From assembly GCA_038063555.1 (NCBI GenBank), contig JBBTUX010000002.1, positions 6,806-70,805 of the forward strand: a stretch of DNA of 64,000 bases. The letters run 5' to 3'. Origin of the DNA: Patescibacteria group bacterium. GTDB taxonomy: Bacteria > Patescibacteriota > Minisyncoccia > Phycocordibacterales > JAKFXT01. Positions 8,358 to 17,984 of this stretch are shown here, piece after piece. The position numbers and the translations under genes were made by a program. The notes under the pieces are model-generated. The model did no database searches. It was given only the letters and a program-made list of their open reading frames with translations, and was not told the origin of the DNA. The stretch's first letter is position 1. Each line of letters opens with the position of its first letter.

Positions 8358-9729
8358 TTATTTTTTGATTTTTGTTTTTCTTTTTTTACCAGTTTTTGCT
8401 TTTGCCGATATTAAAATTACCGAAATAATGTATAACGCTTTAGGTAGTGGCAGTTCCGAGTTGCAAGATTTTGTAGAGGTAAAAAACATTGGTTCTTTAT
8501 CAGTGGATTTGTCCTCTTTCAAATTTTCTGATGGTTCGGACCATTCTATTAATTCATATGAAACTTCATTGACTATTGTCCCACCGCAAGAAGTGGTGAT
8601 TTTGGTAAGTTCTCCAAGTAAATTTTTGACTGAATGGCCTCAGTTTAGTGGGAAGGTGCTTGATAGTTCTGTTTCTTTTGTAACAACGGACACAGCTGTT
8701 ATTAAAGATGAAAGTGGGGCAATTATTGATTCGGTTTCCTTTTCTTCTGACATGGGAGCCAATAATGATGGCAATTCCTTACAGCTGGTAAACGGACAGT
8801 GGATTGCTACGATCCCTACTCCCGGCCAATCAAACGCTACGGGTGAATTATCGGGATCTCAAAATTTATCAAATACAAATAATTCCAGCCCAGAAAATCA
8901 ATCACAAACCCAAACGACAGGAACGCAATTATCACAAATTTATGAGCAACAAATATATGCAAACGCAGGTGTAGATAAAACGATTTTAGTAGGAGCAGAA
9001 CTTTTGTTAAATGGTTCGGCTTTAGGAATCAAAAAAGAACCTTTAACGAATGCCCGCTATTTATGGAATTTTGGTGACGGATCTTCTAAAGAAGGGAAAA
9101 AGGTAAGTCATACTTACTCATTTCCGGGAATCTATACCGTAAGTTTAGACGTTTCTTCCGGCGATTATTCACAGGGAGATGTAATGATTGTTACTGCGGT
9201 GGATGCAAAAATAAAAATAGGGGAGATCATTAATGGAATTGATGGATACATAACAGTGTCAAACGAAGGGAATAGTGATATTGATATTTCCAGATTTATT
9301 CTCCAAAGCTCTACAAGTACCTTTGTTTTTCCTGTAGGAACAATTATAAAAGCAAAAAATAGTATTCGTTTTCCGAACGCTAATACAAAATTGTCTGGAA
9401 TCTTCCCAGTCTCTTTACTTTATCCAAACATGACCCCTGTTAAAGCCATCAGAGAAACTGTAGTTCCGGAAACCTCTCTCGTGTCGCAAAAGAGCCCAAT
9501 TCTATCATCAAAAAAAGAAAGTTTAACACCAATTCAAGAAAATTCTGTATCAGAAGAAAATGATAAGAAAGATTTTTTGAGTGCAGTTGGAGAAAGTGGG
9601 CAGGAAAATAATTTACTGTGGATTTCAGCCGTTCTCGCTTTGGTGGGTATTTCTATTGCTGGAGTGATATATTCAAGGAGAGAAAGAAATGAAGCAGATC
9701 TATATGAAATTACAGAAGTGGACGAGTGA
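8335..9729 (+). CDS. Secreted, membrane-anchored surface protein with lamin-tail (LTD)-like and PKD domains
   Basis: It has a signal peptide (MREINYFLIFVFLFLPVFAFA) and LTD-like segments (ITEIMYNALGSG...FVEVKNIGSLSVDLSSFKFSD; IKIGEIINGIDGYITVSNEGNSDIDISRF). There is a PKD-like segment YLWNFGDGSSKEGKKVSHTYSFPGIYTVSLDVS, an S/T/N/Q-rich linker and a C-terminal TM anchor. Confidence 0.55.
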   Translation: MLIMREINYFLIFVFLFLPVFAFADIKITEIMYNALGSGSSELQDFVEVKNIGSLSVDLSSFKFSDGSDHSINSYETSLTIVPPQEVVILVSSPSKFLTEWPQFSGKVLDSSVSFVTTDTAVIKDESGAIIDSVSFSSDMGANNDGNSLQLVNGQWIATIPTPGQSNATGELSGSQNLSNTNNSSPENQSQTQTTGTQLSQIYEQQIYANAGVDKTILVGAELLLNGSALGIKKEPLTNARYLWNFGDGSSKEGKKVSHTYSFPGIYTVSLDVSSGDYSQGDVMIVTAVDAKIKIGEIINGIDGYITVSNEGNSDIDISRFILQSSTSTFVFPVGTIIKAKNSIRFPNANTKLSGIFPVSLLYPNMTPVKAIRETVVPETSLVSQKSPILSSKKESLTPIQENSVSEENDKKDFLSAVGESGQENNLLWISAVLALVGISIAGVIYSRRERNEADLYEITEVDE

Positions 9730-9773
9730 CATTAGTTGGACTTTTCTGGTTTAGACACTAGTATAAATTCGGT

Positions 9774-11228
9774 ATGAAAAAATCAACGCAAAAATTAGTT
9801 TTAGTCACGGGAGGAGCTGGGTTTATCGGTTCTCATCTTTGTGAACGTCTTGTTAAAGATGGCTATAAAGTAATTTCATTGGACAATTATTTTACTGGTT
9901 CAAAGGATAATCATATTGATGGGGTTGAATACCGCGAAGGTCATACCAAAGATATAGAAAAACATATAAAAGAAATACCAGATATTATTTTTCACCTTGG
10001 AGAATATTCCCGTGTTGAACAAAGTCTTTTGGAAGAAGATGTGGTATATGATCTTAATATTGTTGGAACCGGAGGAGTTATAAATTTTTGGAAAAAAAAT
10101 AAATGTAAGTTGGTTTACGCTGGCTCGTCCACAAAATTTGGCGATTTTGGCGCTACGCGTTTAGCAACTCCGTATTCGAGATCAAAAGCAGATAATACAG
10201 AATTAGTTAAAAAAATAGGTGATGCAGAAAGATTGCCTTATGCAATAACTTATTTTTACAACGTATACGGTCCGGGAGAAAGATCTGGGGTATACGGTAC
10301 AGTTATTGAAACTTTCAAACAGATATATTTGCATGGTGCGCCTATCTCAGTCACTTCTCCTGGAAATCAAACTCGTAATTTTACTCATGTCTACGATATT
10401 GTTGAAGGATTAATTTTAATAGGCGAGAAGGGATTAGGTGATGAGTATGGACTTGGTAATGAAGAAAGTTTTTCGATTATTAAAGTTGCCAAGATGTTTG
10501 GCGAAAACATTACTATGTTGCCGGAACGCTCTGGTAACAGAATGCAGTCAGATCTTGATACAAAAAAAGTAAGAGAAATCGGATGGAATACAAAACGATA
10601 TCTTCAAGGTTACATAGAGGATTTTATAAAGAAAAATAAGAAAGGTCGTGTGCGCGAGAAAAGAGTGCTTATATTCTCAACAACCTTTTCTCCCATAGTT
10701 GGACCAGCAGAAATTGCTTTGGAAGAACTAATAAGCAAAATGCCAGATATTCAATTTGATATTATTACAACTTTATTTTCTGGTGGTGCAAAAAAGTTTG
10801 AAAAACGAGGGGAAAATATGAATATATATAAGGTTGGCATTGGAAACAAAATGGATAAGTATTTACTTCCTATTCTAGGATATAAAAAAGCTAAAGATCT
10901 TCATATAAAACACAAATATCTCTTTACCTGGGCTCTAATGGCTAGTTACGCAGCTCTTGCCGGTATATTTTTGAAGCGTAAAAAAAAGTTACCACTTTTA
11001 GTTACACTTGCAGACCAAAAATTAACAGAGATATCTTTTTTGACTAGAAAAATATTAAAAATAGTTTTATCTGATGTAGACCAGATATATGGAGTTAATG
11101 TTAACCAAGAAAAACACGCCTCCCATATTAAAGGTAAACCTTTACGTAATTCAATAGGGGAAGGTGACGCTTTTGCAAATCAACTCAGGTATTCTTATTC
11201 AGAGATTCTACTTAATAGTAAAAAATAA
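9774..11228 (+). CDS. NAD-dependent sugar epimerase/dehydratase fused to a GT4 N-terminal-domain duplicate (484 aa)
   Basis: The N-terminal roughly 290 aa have the Rossmann motif LVTGGAGFIGSHL and a UXS/GalE-like body. The C-terminal roughly 190 aa (RVLIFSTTFSPIVGPAEIALEELISKMPDIQFDIITT...) are clearly paralogous to the N-terminus of the next GT4 (KILIFSLAYFPKHVGGAEVAIKEITERINPKDIEFHMVT...). Confidence 0.6.
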   Translation: MKKSTQKLVLVTGGAGFIGSHLCERLVKDGYKVISLDNYFTGSKDNHIDGVEYREGHTKDIEKHIKEIPDIIFHLGEYSRVEQSLLEEDVVYDLNIVGTGGVINFWKKNKCKLVYAGSSTKFGDFGATRLATPYSRSKADNTELVKKIGDAERLPYAITYFYNVYGPGERSGVYGTVIETFKQIYLHGAPISVTSPGNQTRNFTHVYDIVEGLILIGEKGLGDEYGLGNEESFSIIKVAKMFGENITMLPERSGNRMQSDLDTKKVREIGWNTKRYLQGYIEDFIKKNKKGRVREKRVLIFSTTFSPIVGPAEIALEELISKMPDIQFDIITTLFSGGAKKFEKRGENMNIYKVGIGNKMDKYLLPILGYKKAKDLHIKHKYLFTWALMASYAALAGIFLKRKKKLPLLVTLADQKLTEISFLTRKILKIVLSDVDQIYGVNVNQEKHASHIKGKPLRNSIGEGDAFANQLRYSYSEILLNSKK

Positions 11229-11234
11229 ATCTTT

Positions 11235-12458
11235 ATGAAAAAAATATTAATTTTTTCTTTGGCTTATTTTCCAAAACATGTCGGAGGTGCAGAGGTTGCT
11301 ATTAAAGAAATTACTGAAAGAATAAATCCAAAAGACATAGAGTTTCATATGGTTACCCTTAGATTTGATTCCACTCTTCCAAAAGTTGAAAAAATAGCAA
11401 ATGTTTTGGTACACAGAATTGGTCTTACGACCAATAATCCTTCTACGGGCGACTTAAGAAGATTTCCACTCCATTTAAACAAATTATTTTTTCAATTTTT
11501 AGCCTTTTGGAAAGCACGATCACTCCATAGAGAATATAAATATGATGCTATTTGGGCTATGATGGTTCATTCTTGTGGAGTTCCGACTGCCATCTTCAAA
11601 ATAAATTATCCAAACGTAAAATATATTCTCACTTTGCAAGAAGGGGATCCCATTGAATATATAGAAAATAAAATGAAACCATTTTGGCCATTTTTTACTA
11701 GAGCTTTTACTAAAGCTGATATAATCCAAGTTATATCTACCTTTTTAGGAAAGTGGGCAAGAAACAGGGGGTTCAAAGGTCCTCTTGAAGTTATTCCAAA
11801 TGCAGTAAACGTGGCTCATTTTTCTCAAATATATTCAAACGAAGAATTAAATGATATAAAAAATAAACTTGGCAAAAAAGACGGAGAAGTTTTTATGGTG
11901 ACAACTTCTCGTTTAGTAAAAAAAAATGCATGTGACGATGTTATTAGAGCATTGTCTTATTTACCAAGTAATATTAAATTTGTGATTATGGGAACTGGTC
12001 CAGACGAGGGAATGCTTAAAAGTTTGATTAAGGAATTAAAAATTACAGAACGGATTGTTTTTCTAGGACAAGTAAACCACGAAGAAATGCCACTTTATTT
12101 AAAGGCTTGCGATATTTTTATTCGACCATCGCGATCTGAGGGAATGGGCAATTCTTTTGTTGAAGCTATGGTAGCAGAATTGCCTGTTATTGCAACACAA
12201 GAGGGCGGCATAGCAGATTTCTTGTTTGATAAAAGACGAAATCCAGACAGAGAAACAACGGGGTGGGCAGTGGATAAAGATTCTCCAGAGCAAATTGCTG
12301 AAGCGGTAAAAAATATTATTTCTAATACAGGTAAAGTTTCTAAAGTTGTTGCTAATGCTAAAAAAATGGCAATTGAAAAATACGACTGGAATATAATTGT
12401 AAAAAATATGAAAGAGAGAGTTTTCGATAGAGTTTTGGACACAGAAATTATCGAATAG
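11235..12458 (+). CDS. GT4-family glycosyltransferase
   Basis: It has a GT-B fold: an N-terminal GT4 domain and a C-terminal Glycos_transf_1-like region with the EG..NS.VEAM motif (RPSRSEGMGNSFVEAM). Confidence 0.7.
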   Translation: MKKILIFSLAYFPKHVGGAEVAIKEITERINPKDIEFHMVTLRFDSTLPKVEKIANVLVHRIGLTTNNPSTGDLRRFPLHLNKLFFQFLAFWKARSLHREYKYDAIWAMMVHSCGVPTAIFKINYPNVKYILTLQEGDPIEYIENKMKPFWPFFTRAFTKADIIQVISTFLGKWARNRGFKGPLEVIPNAVNVAHFSQIYSNEELNDIKNKLGKKDGEVFMVTTSRLVKKNACDDVIRALSYLPSNIKFVIMGTGPDEGMLKSLIKELKITERIVFLGQVNHEEMPLYLKACDIFIRPSRSEGMGNSFVEAMVAELPVIATQEGGIADFLFDKRRNPDRETTGWAVDKDSPEQIAEAVKNIISNTGKVSKVVANAKKMAIEKYDWNIIVKNMKERVFDRVLDTEIIE

Positions 12459-12511
12459 GTTTGTTTTTTGATGTAACCTCTGTTAGGGTATTATGGTTAC
12501 ATTTTTATAAT

Positions 12512-13375
12512 ATGAAAATTGGATTTATTGGTCAGGGTTATATTGGTAAAAATTACGCAAACGATTTTGAAAACCGTGGGTTTAAAGTGATACGTTATTC
12601 TCTAGAAAAAGAATATATAGGCAATAAAGAAAAGATAAAAGGTTGCGACATTGTTTTTGTAGCGGTGCCAACACCCACTACCCCGCGCGGTTTTGATGAT
12701 TCAATAGTTACTTCCGCAATGTCGCTTATTGGAAATGGTAAAATTGCCGTAATAAAATCCACTCTTTTGCCTGGAATTACAAAAAAGATACAAAAAAAAT
12801 ATCCAAAAGTTTTTATTCTACACTCCCCAGAGTTTCTGAGTCGAGGAACAGCTTCTTATGATGCGGCACATCCTATAGTTAATATAGTTGGAATGCCAAG
12901 AAACAACGGAGAATATAAAGATAGAGCTAAAAAATTATTATCTATTCTACCAAAATCTTCCTCAAAAATAGTTAGTTCTGAAACTTCTGAATTTTTTAAA
13001 TATGTTCACAACACTTCTTTATTTGTGAGGGGTGTATATATGAATCTTTTATACGATCTGGCGAAATCACTCAATGTGGAGTGGCAAGACGTAAAAGATT
13101 TAATAATTTTAGATCCCATGATTGCTTTCCAAGATTCAGTTGTTGCGAAATGGCACATAGATCCTGTTCGTAAAGAAGGCAGGGGAATTGGAGGCAATTG
13201 CCATATAAAAGATTTCGAAGCACTGTCAAGGCTTTATAAGAAAAATGTTAAAGATAAAATCGGAGAAAAAATAATTGATTCTTTGAAGAAAAAAAATATA
13301 AGTTTGCTGACAGAGAGTAAAAAAGATATACCGTTAATCAGGGGTGTCTATGGTAAAAGAATATTAAAAAAATAA
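12512..13375 (+). CDS. Nucleotide-sugar dehydrogenase-like protein (UDP-glucose 6-dehydrogenase family), short form
   Basis: It has MKIGFIGQGYIGKNY (NAD-binding), ...VFVAVPTP..., ...IKSTLLPGIT..., and a catalytic-Cys-like GIGGNCHIKD that matches GGSCFPKD. At about 288 aa it appears to lack the C-terminal UDP-sugar-binding domain. Confidence 0.5.
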   Translation: MKIGFIGQGYIGKNYANDFENRGFKVIRYSLEKEYIGNKEKIKGCDIVFVAVPTPTTPRGFDDSIVTSAMSLIGNGKIAVIKSTLLPGITKKIQKKYPKVFILHSPEFLSRGTASYDAAHPIVNIVGMPRNNGEYKDRAKKLLSILPKSSSKIVSSETSEFFKYVHNTSLFVRGVYMNLLYDLAKSLNVEWQDVKDLIILDPMIAFQDSVVAKWHIDPVRKEGRGIGGNCHIKDFEALSRLYKKNVKDKIGEKIIDSLKKKNISLLTESKKDIPLIRGVYGKRILKK

Positions 13376-13385
13376 TAAAATAATT

Positions 13386-14288
13386 ATGAGAAAAGTGGTG
13401 GTCGTTGGTGGAGCTGGTTTTATTGGTTCGCACTTGACCGATTCTTTGGTTGAGGAGGGCTATGATGTGCATGTTATAGATAATCTTTCGGCTGGAAAGA
13501 GGGAACACGTAAATAAAAAAGCCAAGTTACATGTCAAAGATATAAGGAAAATCAAGGATATTAAACCAATCATAAGAGGAGCAGAATACGTTTTTCACTT
13601 AGCAGCCCTGCCTCGTGTGCAGTATTCAATAGAAAATCCAGAAGAAACACACGACGTAAACGTTAACGGCACACTAAACGTTTTAATCGCGAGCAAAGAA
13701 GAGGATGTAAAAAAAGTAATATACTCGGCTTCAAGTTCTGCTTATGGAAATCAAAAAATTACACCACTTCATGAGGATTTACCTGCAAAGCCCACTAGTC
13801 CATATGGCCTACAAAAATATTTAGGAGAATTATATTGTAAAGTCTGGAATACTGTATACGGACTTCCCACAGTTTCACTCCGCTATTTTAATGTTTACGG
13901 CCCCAGACTTGATCCAGAGGGGGCATACGCTTTAGTTATAGGAAAGTTTTTAAAACAAAAAAAGGAAAGCAAACCGCTAACTATTACCGGAGATGGAAAA
14001 CAAACGCGAGATTTTACTCACGTAAAAGATGTTGTTAGAGCGAATATTTTGGCAGCTAAAAGTAAAAAAGTTGGAAGGGGCGAAGTAATTAATATAGGAG
14101 CGGGTAAAAATAAATCTGTAATAGAAATTGCCAAACTTATTGGTGGTAAAAAAGTTTTTATTCCTCCTCGTTTTGAACCCAAGCATACAAAAGCTGATAA
14201 TAGAAAAGCCAAAAAACTTTTAGGATGGGAGCCAAAAATTTCTATTGAAGAGGGTCTGGCAGAGTTAAGGAAAATTTGGGGTATTTAA
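13386..14288 (+). CDS. NAD-dependent epimerase/dehydratase (UDP-sugar 4-epimerase-like)
   Basis: It has VVVGGAGFIGSHL and an extended SDR-type body with YxxxK-like YGLQKYLGE. Confidence 0.7.
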   Translation: MRKVVVVGGAGFIGSHLTDSLVEEGYDVHVIDNLSAGKREHVNKKAKLHVKDIRKIKDIKPIIRGAEYVFHLAALPRVQYSIENPEETHDVNVNGTLNVLIASKEEDVKKVIYSASSSAYGNQKITPLHEDLPAKPTSPYGLQKYLGELYCKVWNTVYGLPTVSLRYFNVYGPRLDPEGAYALVIGKFLKQKKESKPLTITGDGKQTRDFTHVKDVVRANILAAKSKKVGRGEVINIGAGKNKSVIEIAKLIGGKKVFIPPRFEPKHTKADNRKAKKLLGWEPKISIEEGLAELRKIWGI

Positions 14289-14291
14289 ATA

Positions 14292-15635
14292 CTAAGCACC
14301 AGATTGTGACATCAATGTTCTAATAGTTTTCAAAGCTATTTTTACATCTAATATTAGAGATTGGTTTTTTAAATAATAAAGATCATAAGAAAGTTTGTTT
14401 CGCGTTTCTTCCACTCCGATTCCATGGTGTGCGTGTCGTCCATAAATTTGTGCCCAACCAGAAAGACCTGGCTTTATCAAATGTCTAATATTGTAATAAG
14501 GAATTTTTCCTTCATAGTATTTAACTCCTGAAGGTAATTCTGGTCGTGGTCCAATTAGTGACATGTCATTTTTTATGATACTCCAGAGTTGAGGCAATTC
14601 ATCAATACGGCTCTTACGTAAAAAATTACCAACACGGGTTATTTTATTTTCACCTTTTTGTTGAAGGTCTGTTATGTTTTGTGTCATACTTCTAAACTTA
14701 TATGTTTTAATTATGCTATTATTTTTTCCAACTCTTTCTTGCATAATGAAAATTTGTCCTCCATCATCAATTTTAATTGCTAAATAGACAAATGGGTAAA
14801 ATAATAAAGAGATAATTCCAAGTATAGAAGCGATAAAAAAATCCATCATTCTCTTTAAGACATTATAAAAAGTATTGGTAGAAGAGGATATGTTTTCTAA
14901 AAACCAGCTATGGTTTAGTGAAGAAACAGGTATACGGTCAAAGATTTCCTCGTATAATTTATTAATGTCAAGAAAGTGAAATTGTTTAAATAATGAGTTG
15001 TAAAGGTGACTTATTAGATATTCTGATTTTTTGTTGTGTAAATCTGTTACTATAACGGAGACGTCATGTTTTTTTACATCACTTTTTATTTTTTTAAGAA
15101 GCACTTCTTCGTTTAGATTTTCTGGACTAATTGTTGAAACAAAAAAAATTGAGTAGCGGGAATTACTATTGACTTCTTTTTCAACCTCTACAATTTCTTC
15201 GCCATTTCCTATAAGTATTGCATTTAATTTTTCAGAAATTATTAGAAACCTAACTCCATATATTCTCCATAAAAAAATAAGAACAGAAGATATTGCTATG
15301 TATAGAAAGAGATTTGTTTTTGGTTCTATGCCAAAACTAGGAATAAAATAAAAGAAAATAACAGACAGGAAAGTATTGGTTGCCTGGGTATTAAATAATG
15401 TCTCTGGTAACTTTGCTTTGAAGAAAAGCGTTTGTTTTTCATAGAGGCCTGCGATGAAAAAGACCATTAGCCAGAGAGTAATCAAAATACTGAAGGGTAG
15501 AAGATGTTGAATTACAAGGCTATTGCTGGGAAATTCTAAATGACGCAGAAAGAGAGTTAAATAAAGTGATGTGGACAAAATGACAATGTCGCCAATCAAA
15601 AGATAGAGATATTCACGGTTAGAAAATAGGATCAT
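14292..15635 (-). CDS. Polyprenyl-phosphate sugar-1-phosphate transferase (WbaP/bacterial sugar transferase family), the initiating enzyme
   Basis: It has multi-TM N-terminal helices and a C-terminal Bac_transf motif ...IDELPQLWSIIKNDMSLIGPRPELP... Confidence 0.75.
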   Translation of the reverse strand: MILFSNREYLYLLIGDIVILSTSLYLTLFLRHLEFPSNSLVIQHLLPFSILITLWLMVFFIAGLYEKQTLFFKAKLPETLFNTQATNTFLSVIFFYFIPSFGIEPKTNLFLYIAISSVLIFLWRIYGVRFLIISEKLNAILIGNGEEIVEVEKEVNSNSRYSIFFVSTISPENLNEEVLLKKIKSDVKKHDVSVIVTDLHNKKSEYLISHLYNSLFKQFHFLDINKLYEEIFDRIPVSSLNHSWFLENISSSTNTFYNVLKRMMDFFIASILGIISLLFYPFVYLAIKIDDGGQIFIMQERVGKNNSIIKTYKFRSMTQNITDLQQKGENKITRVGNFLRKSRIDELPQLWSIIKNDMSLIGPRPELPSGVKYYEGKIPYYNIRHLIKPGLSGWAQIYGRHAHHGIGVEETRNKLSYDLYYLKNQSLILDVKIALKTIRTLMSQSGA

Positions 15636-15721
15636 ATTTTTCCCGAATCATACAGAATAAATGATAAAAATCAATTATTATTATAATCGTAAAACATTTT
15701 TATTCGTGATAAGGTAACACC

Positions 15722-16864
15722 ATGGAAATTAGAAAAATTAAATTAATGTTTGCTGTCACAAAGTCAAATTGGGGAGGGGCTCAGCGCTATGTTTATGATT
15801 TGGTGACTAGTCTGCCGAAAAATCAATTTGAGATCACAGTGCTTTTGGGCGGGTCCGGTTTGTTAAAAAAAAAGTTAGAAGCTGTTAATTTTCGGACTAT
15901 TTCTATTCCAACACTTGATCGTGATATTGATTTGTTTAAGGAATTCGTGATTTTTTTTAATATTTGGAAAATATTGATGAACGAGAAACCAGATATTCTG
16001 CATGTTAATAGTTCTAAAATTGGTGGTCTCGGGTCATTTGTTGGAAGGATCATTGGAATTAAAAATATTTTTTTTACAGTTCATGGATGGCCATTTTTTG
16101 AAAATAGGTTTTTCTTGTTTAAATGGTTAATTGTGTTTTTCTCTTGGTTAACAGTAATTTTTTCACATAAAACAATTGTAATTTCTAAAAATGATCAAGT
16201 AATAGGTTCACGTTTACCTTTTGTGAAAGATAAAATTTTTATGATTCATAATGGGATTGGTTCGATTGATTTTAAGGAGAAAGATTCTAGTAGAACCTAT
16301 CTTTTGGGTGAAAAAATGGCTAATTTAAACTCGATTGCTTTTTGGATAGCTGGAGGGACAGAATTGACATTCAATAAAAACTTAGAAATGGCCATATTAG
16401 GAGTAATTGAGGCCAAGAGAAGAGGTTTTGATATTTTATATTTAATTATTGGTGAAGGTGAAGAAAGAGGAAAAATTGAAAAATTAATTGAGAAATATAA
16501 AGCCACTGACTTTATTAGACTCGTTGGTTTCAAGGAAAATTTACAGCAATATTTAAAAGCTTTTGATTGTTTTCTTTTAACTTCAAAAAAAGAGGGTCTA
16601 CCATATATATTACTTGAAACAGGATTAGCTGGGATTCCAGTTATTGCTTCTAATGTTGGCGGAATTCCCGAAATTATTGATGACAGAGAAAATGGTATTT
16701 TAATTGAGCCAAAGAATATAAATGGTATAGCTAGTGCCATTGAGTATTTGATTAAAAACCCAGAAATTAGAAAAATATATGGAGAAAAATTACAGGAAAA
16801 AGTTAAAACTCAATTCAGTAAAGAATTAATGCTTAAAAAAACAATTGAACTTTATAACTCATAA
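15722..16864 (+). CDS. GT4-family glycosyltransferase
   Basis: It has a GT-B architecture with the C-terminal ...TSKKEGLPYILLETGLAGIPVIASNVGGIPEII... motif. Confidence 0.7.
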   Translation: MEIRKIKLMFAVTKSNWGGAQRYVYDLVTSLPKNQFEITVLLGGSGLLKKKLEAVNFRTISIPTLDRDIDLFKEFVIFFNIWKILMNEKPDILHVNSSKIGGLGSFVGRIIGIKNIFFTVHGWPFFENRFFLFKWLIVFFSWLTVIFSHKTIVISKNDQVIGSRLPFVKDKIFMIHNGIGSIDFKEKDSSRTYLLGEKMANLNSIAFWIAGGTELTFNKNLEMAILGVIEAKRRGFDILYLIIGEGEERGKIEKLIEKYKATDFIRLVGFKENLQQYLKAFDCFLLTSKKEGLPYILLETGLAGIPVIASNVGGIPEIIDDRENGILIEPKNINGIASAIEYLIKNPEIRKIYGEKLQEKVKTQFSKELMLKKTIELYNS

Positions 16865-16865
16865 A

Positions 16866-17975
16866 ATGAACGAAAACAATAAGAAAATCAAAGTCGTCAT
16901 AGCCACGCCGAATTCTGGTGGCCCCATAACTTATAGCAAAATACTTTTTTTGCATTTACCGAAAATGGGATATGAAGTGAGAATAGTCAATTTCTCGTCA
17001 GTAGAAAATTTACCGAAATTAGTAAGACATGTGGTTTATTTTCTTAAATTATTTTTCGAAGGATTTAAGGCTGACATTATTTATGCTCAAGATCCAGTTT
17101 CAACTGGGTTACCTGCATTATTGGCGGCTAAATTAATCGGTAGTCGTTTTTTTTTAAAAATCGTTGGTGACTATGCTTGGGAGCAAGGGGTGCAAAGGTT
17201 TGCTGTAAAAGATTCGCTTGATGATTTTGCAAAAAAGAAAAAATATTCATTTATGGTTCAACTATTACGATATATCGAAACATTTGTGGCTAAGAGGGCG
17301 GAGAAAATAATTGTTCCGAGCAATTACTTAAAAGGGATTGTTGAGAAATGGGGTATTGAAAGTGGAAAAATTGAAGTTATATATAACGCTGTCTCAATTG
17401 ATGAAATAGGGCGGGTGCCTGAAGCTGTGAAAAGAATGTCCAAACCTTTGGTTGTGACAGCTGGTAGATTGGTTCCTTGGAAAGGAATAAAGCCACTAAT
17501 GAAAGTTTTTGAGGGTGTTTGGCACGCACGTCTAGAAGGATCAAATGCCTCATTGGTTGTCGTTGGTCAAGGGACAGAAGAAAAGGAGCTGAAAGATTAT
17601 GCAGAAGAATTAAATATAAAGAATCAGTGTTTATTTACAGGTCAACTATCCCATGAGGATACGCTTGCAGTAATGAAAGAGGCCGATATTTTTGTATTGA
17701 ACTCGACCTATGAAGGTCTATCGCATACCCTAATTGAAGCTTTGAAGCTTGGGCTTTGTATTATTGCAACAGACGCTGGGGGAAATGGTGAAATTATTAT
17801 GAATGGGAATGGACTCGTCATTAAAACTGGAGACGAAAAAATGCTTGCGTCCAATCTCAAGATGCTTATCGAACATCAAGAGAAGAGAGCTCAATTTTCA
17901 GCAATAGCAAAAGAATCGGCTGAACGATTTTCAATAGAAGCAATGCTTCAAAAGTTGGCTTTGGTTTTAAGGTAA
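16866..17975 (+). CDS. GT4-family glycosyltransferase
   Basis: It carries ...NSTYEGLSHTLIEALKLGLCIIATDAGGNGEII.... The start is set at ATG 16866, just after the upstream stop. Confidence 0.7.
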   Translation: MNENNKKIKVVIATPNSGGPITYSKILFLHLPKMGYEVRIVNFSSVENLPKLVRHVVYFLKLFFEGFKADIIYAQDPVSTGLPALLAAKLIGSRFFLKIVGDYAWEQGVQRFAVKDSLDDFAKKKKYSFMVQLLRYIETFVAKRAEKIIVPSNYLKGIVEKWGIESGKIEVIYNAVSIDEIGRVPEAVKRMSKPLVVTAGRLVPWKGIKPLMKVFEGVWHARLEGSNASLVVVGQGTEEKELKDYAEELNIKNQCLFTGQLSHEDTLAVMKEADIFVLNSTYEGLSHTLIEALKLGLCIIATDAGGNGEIIMNGNGLVIKTGDEKMLASNLKMLIEHQEKRAQFSAIAKESAERFSIEAMLQKLALVLR

Positions 17976-17984
17976 AATGTACTT

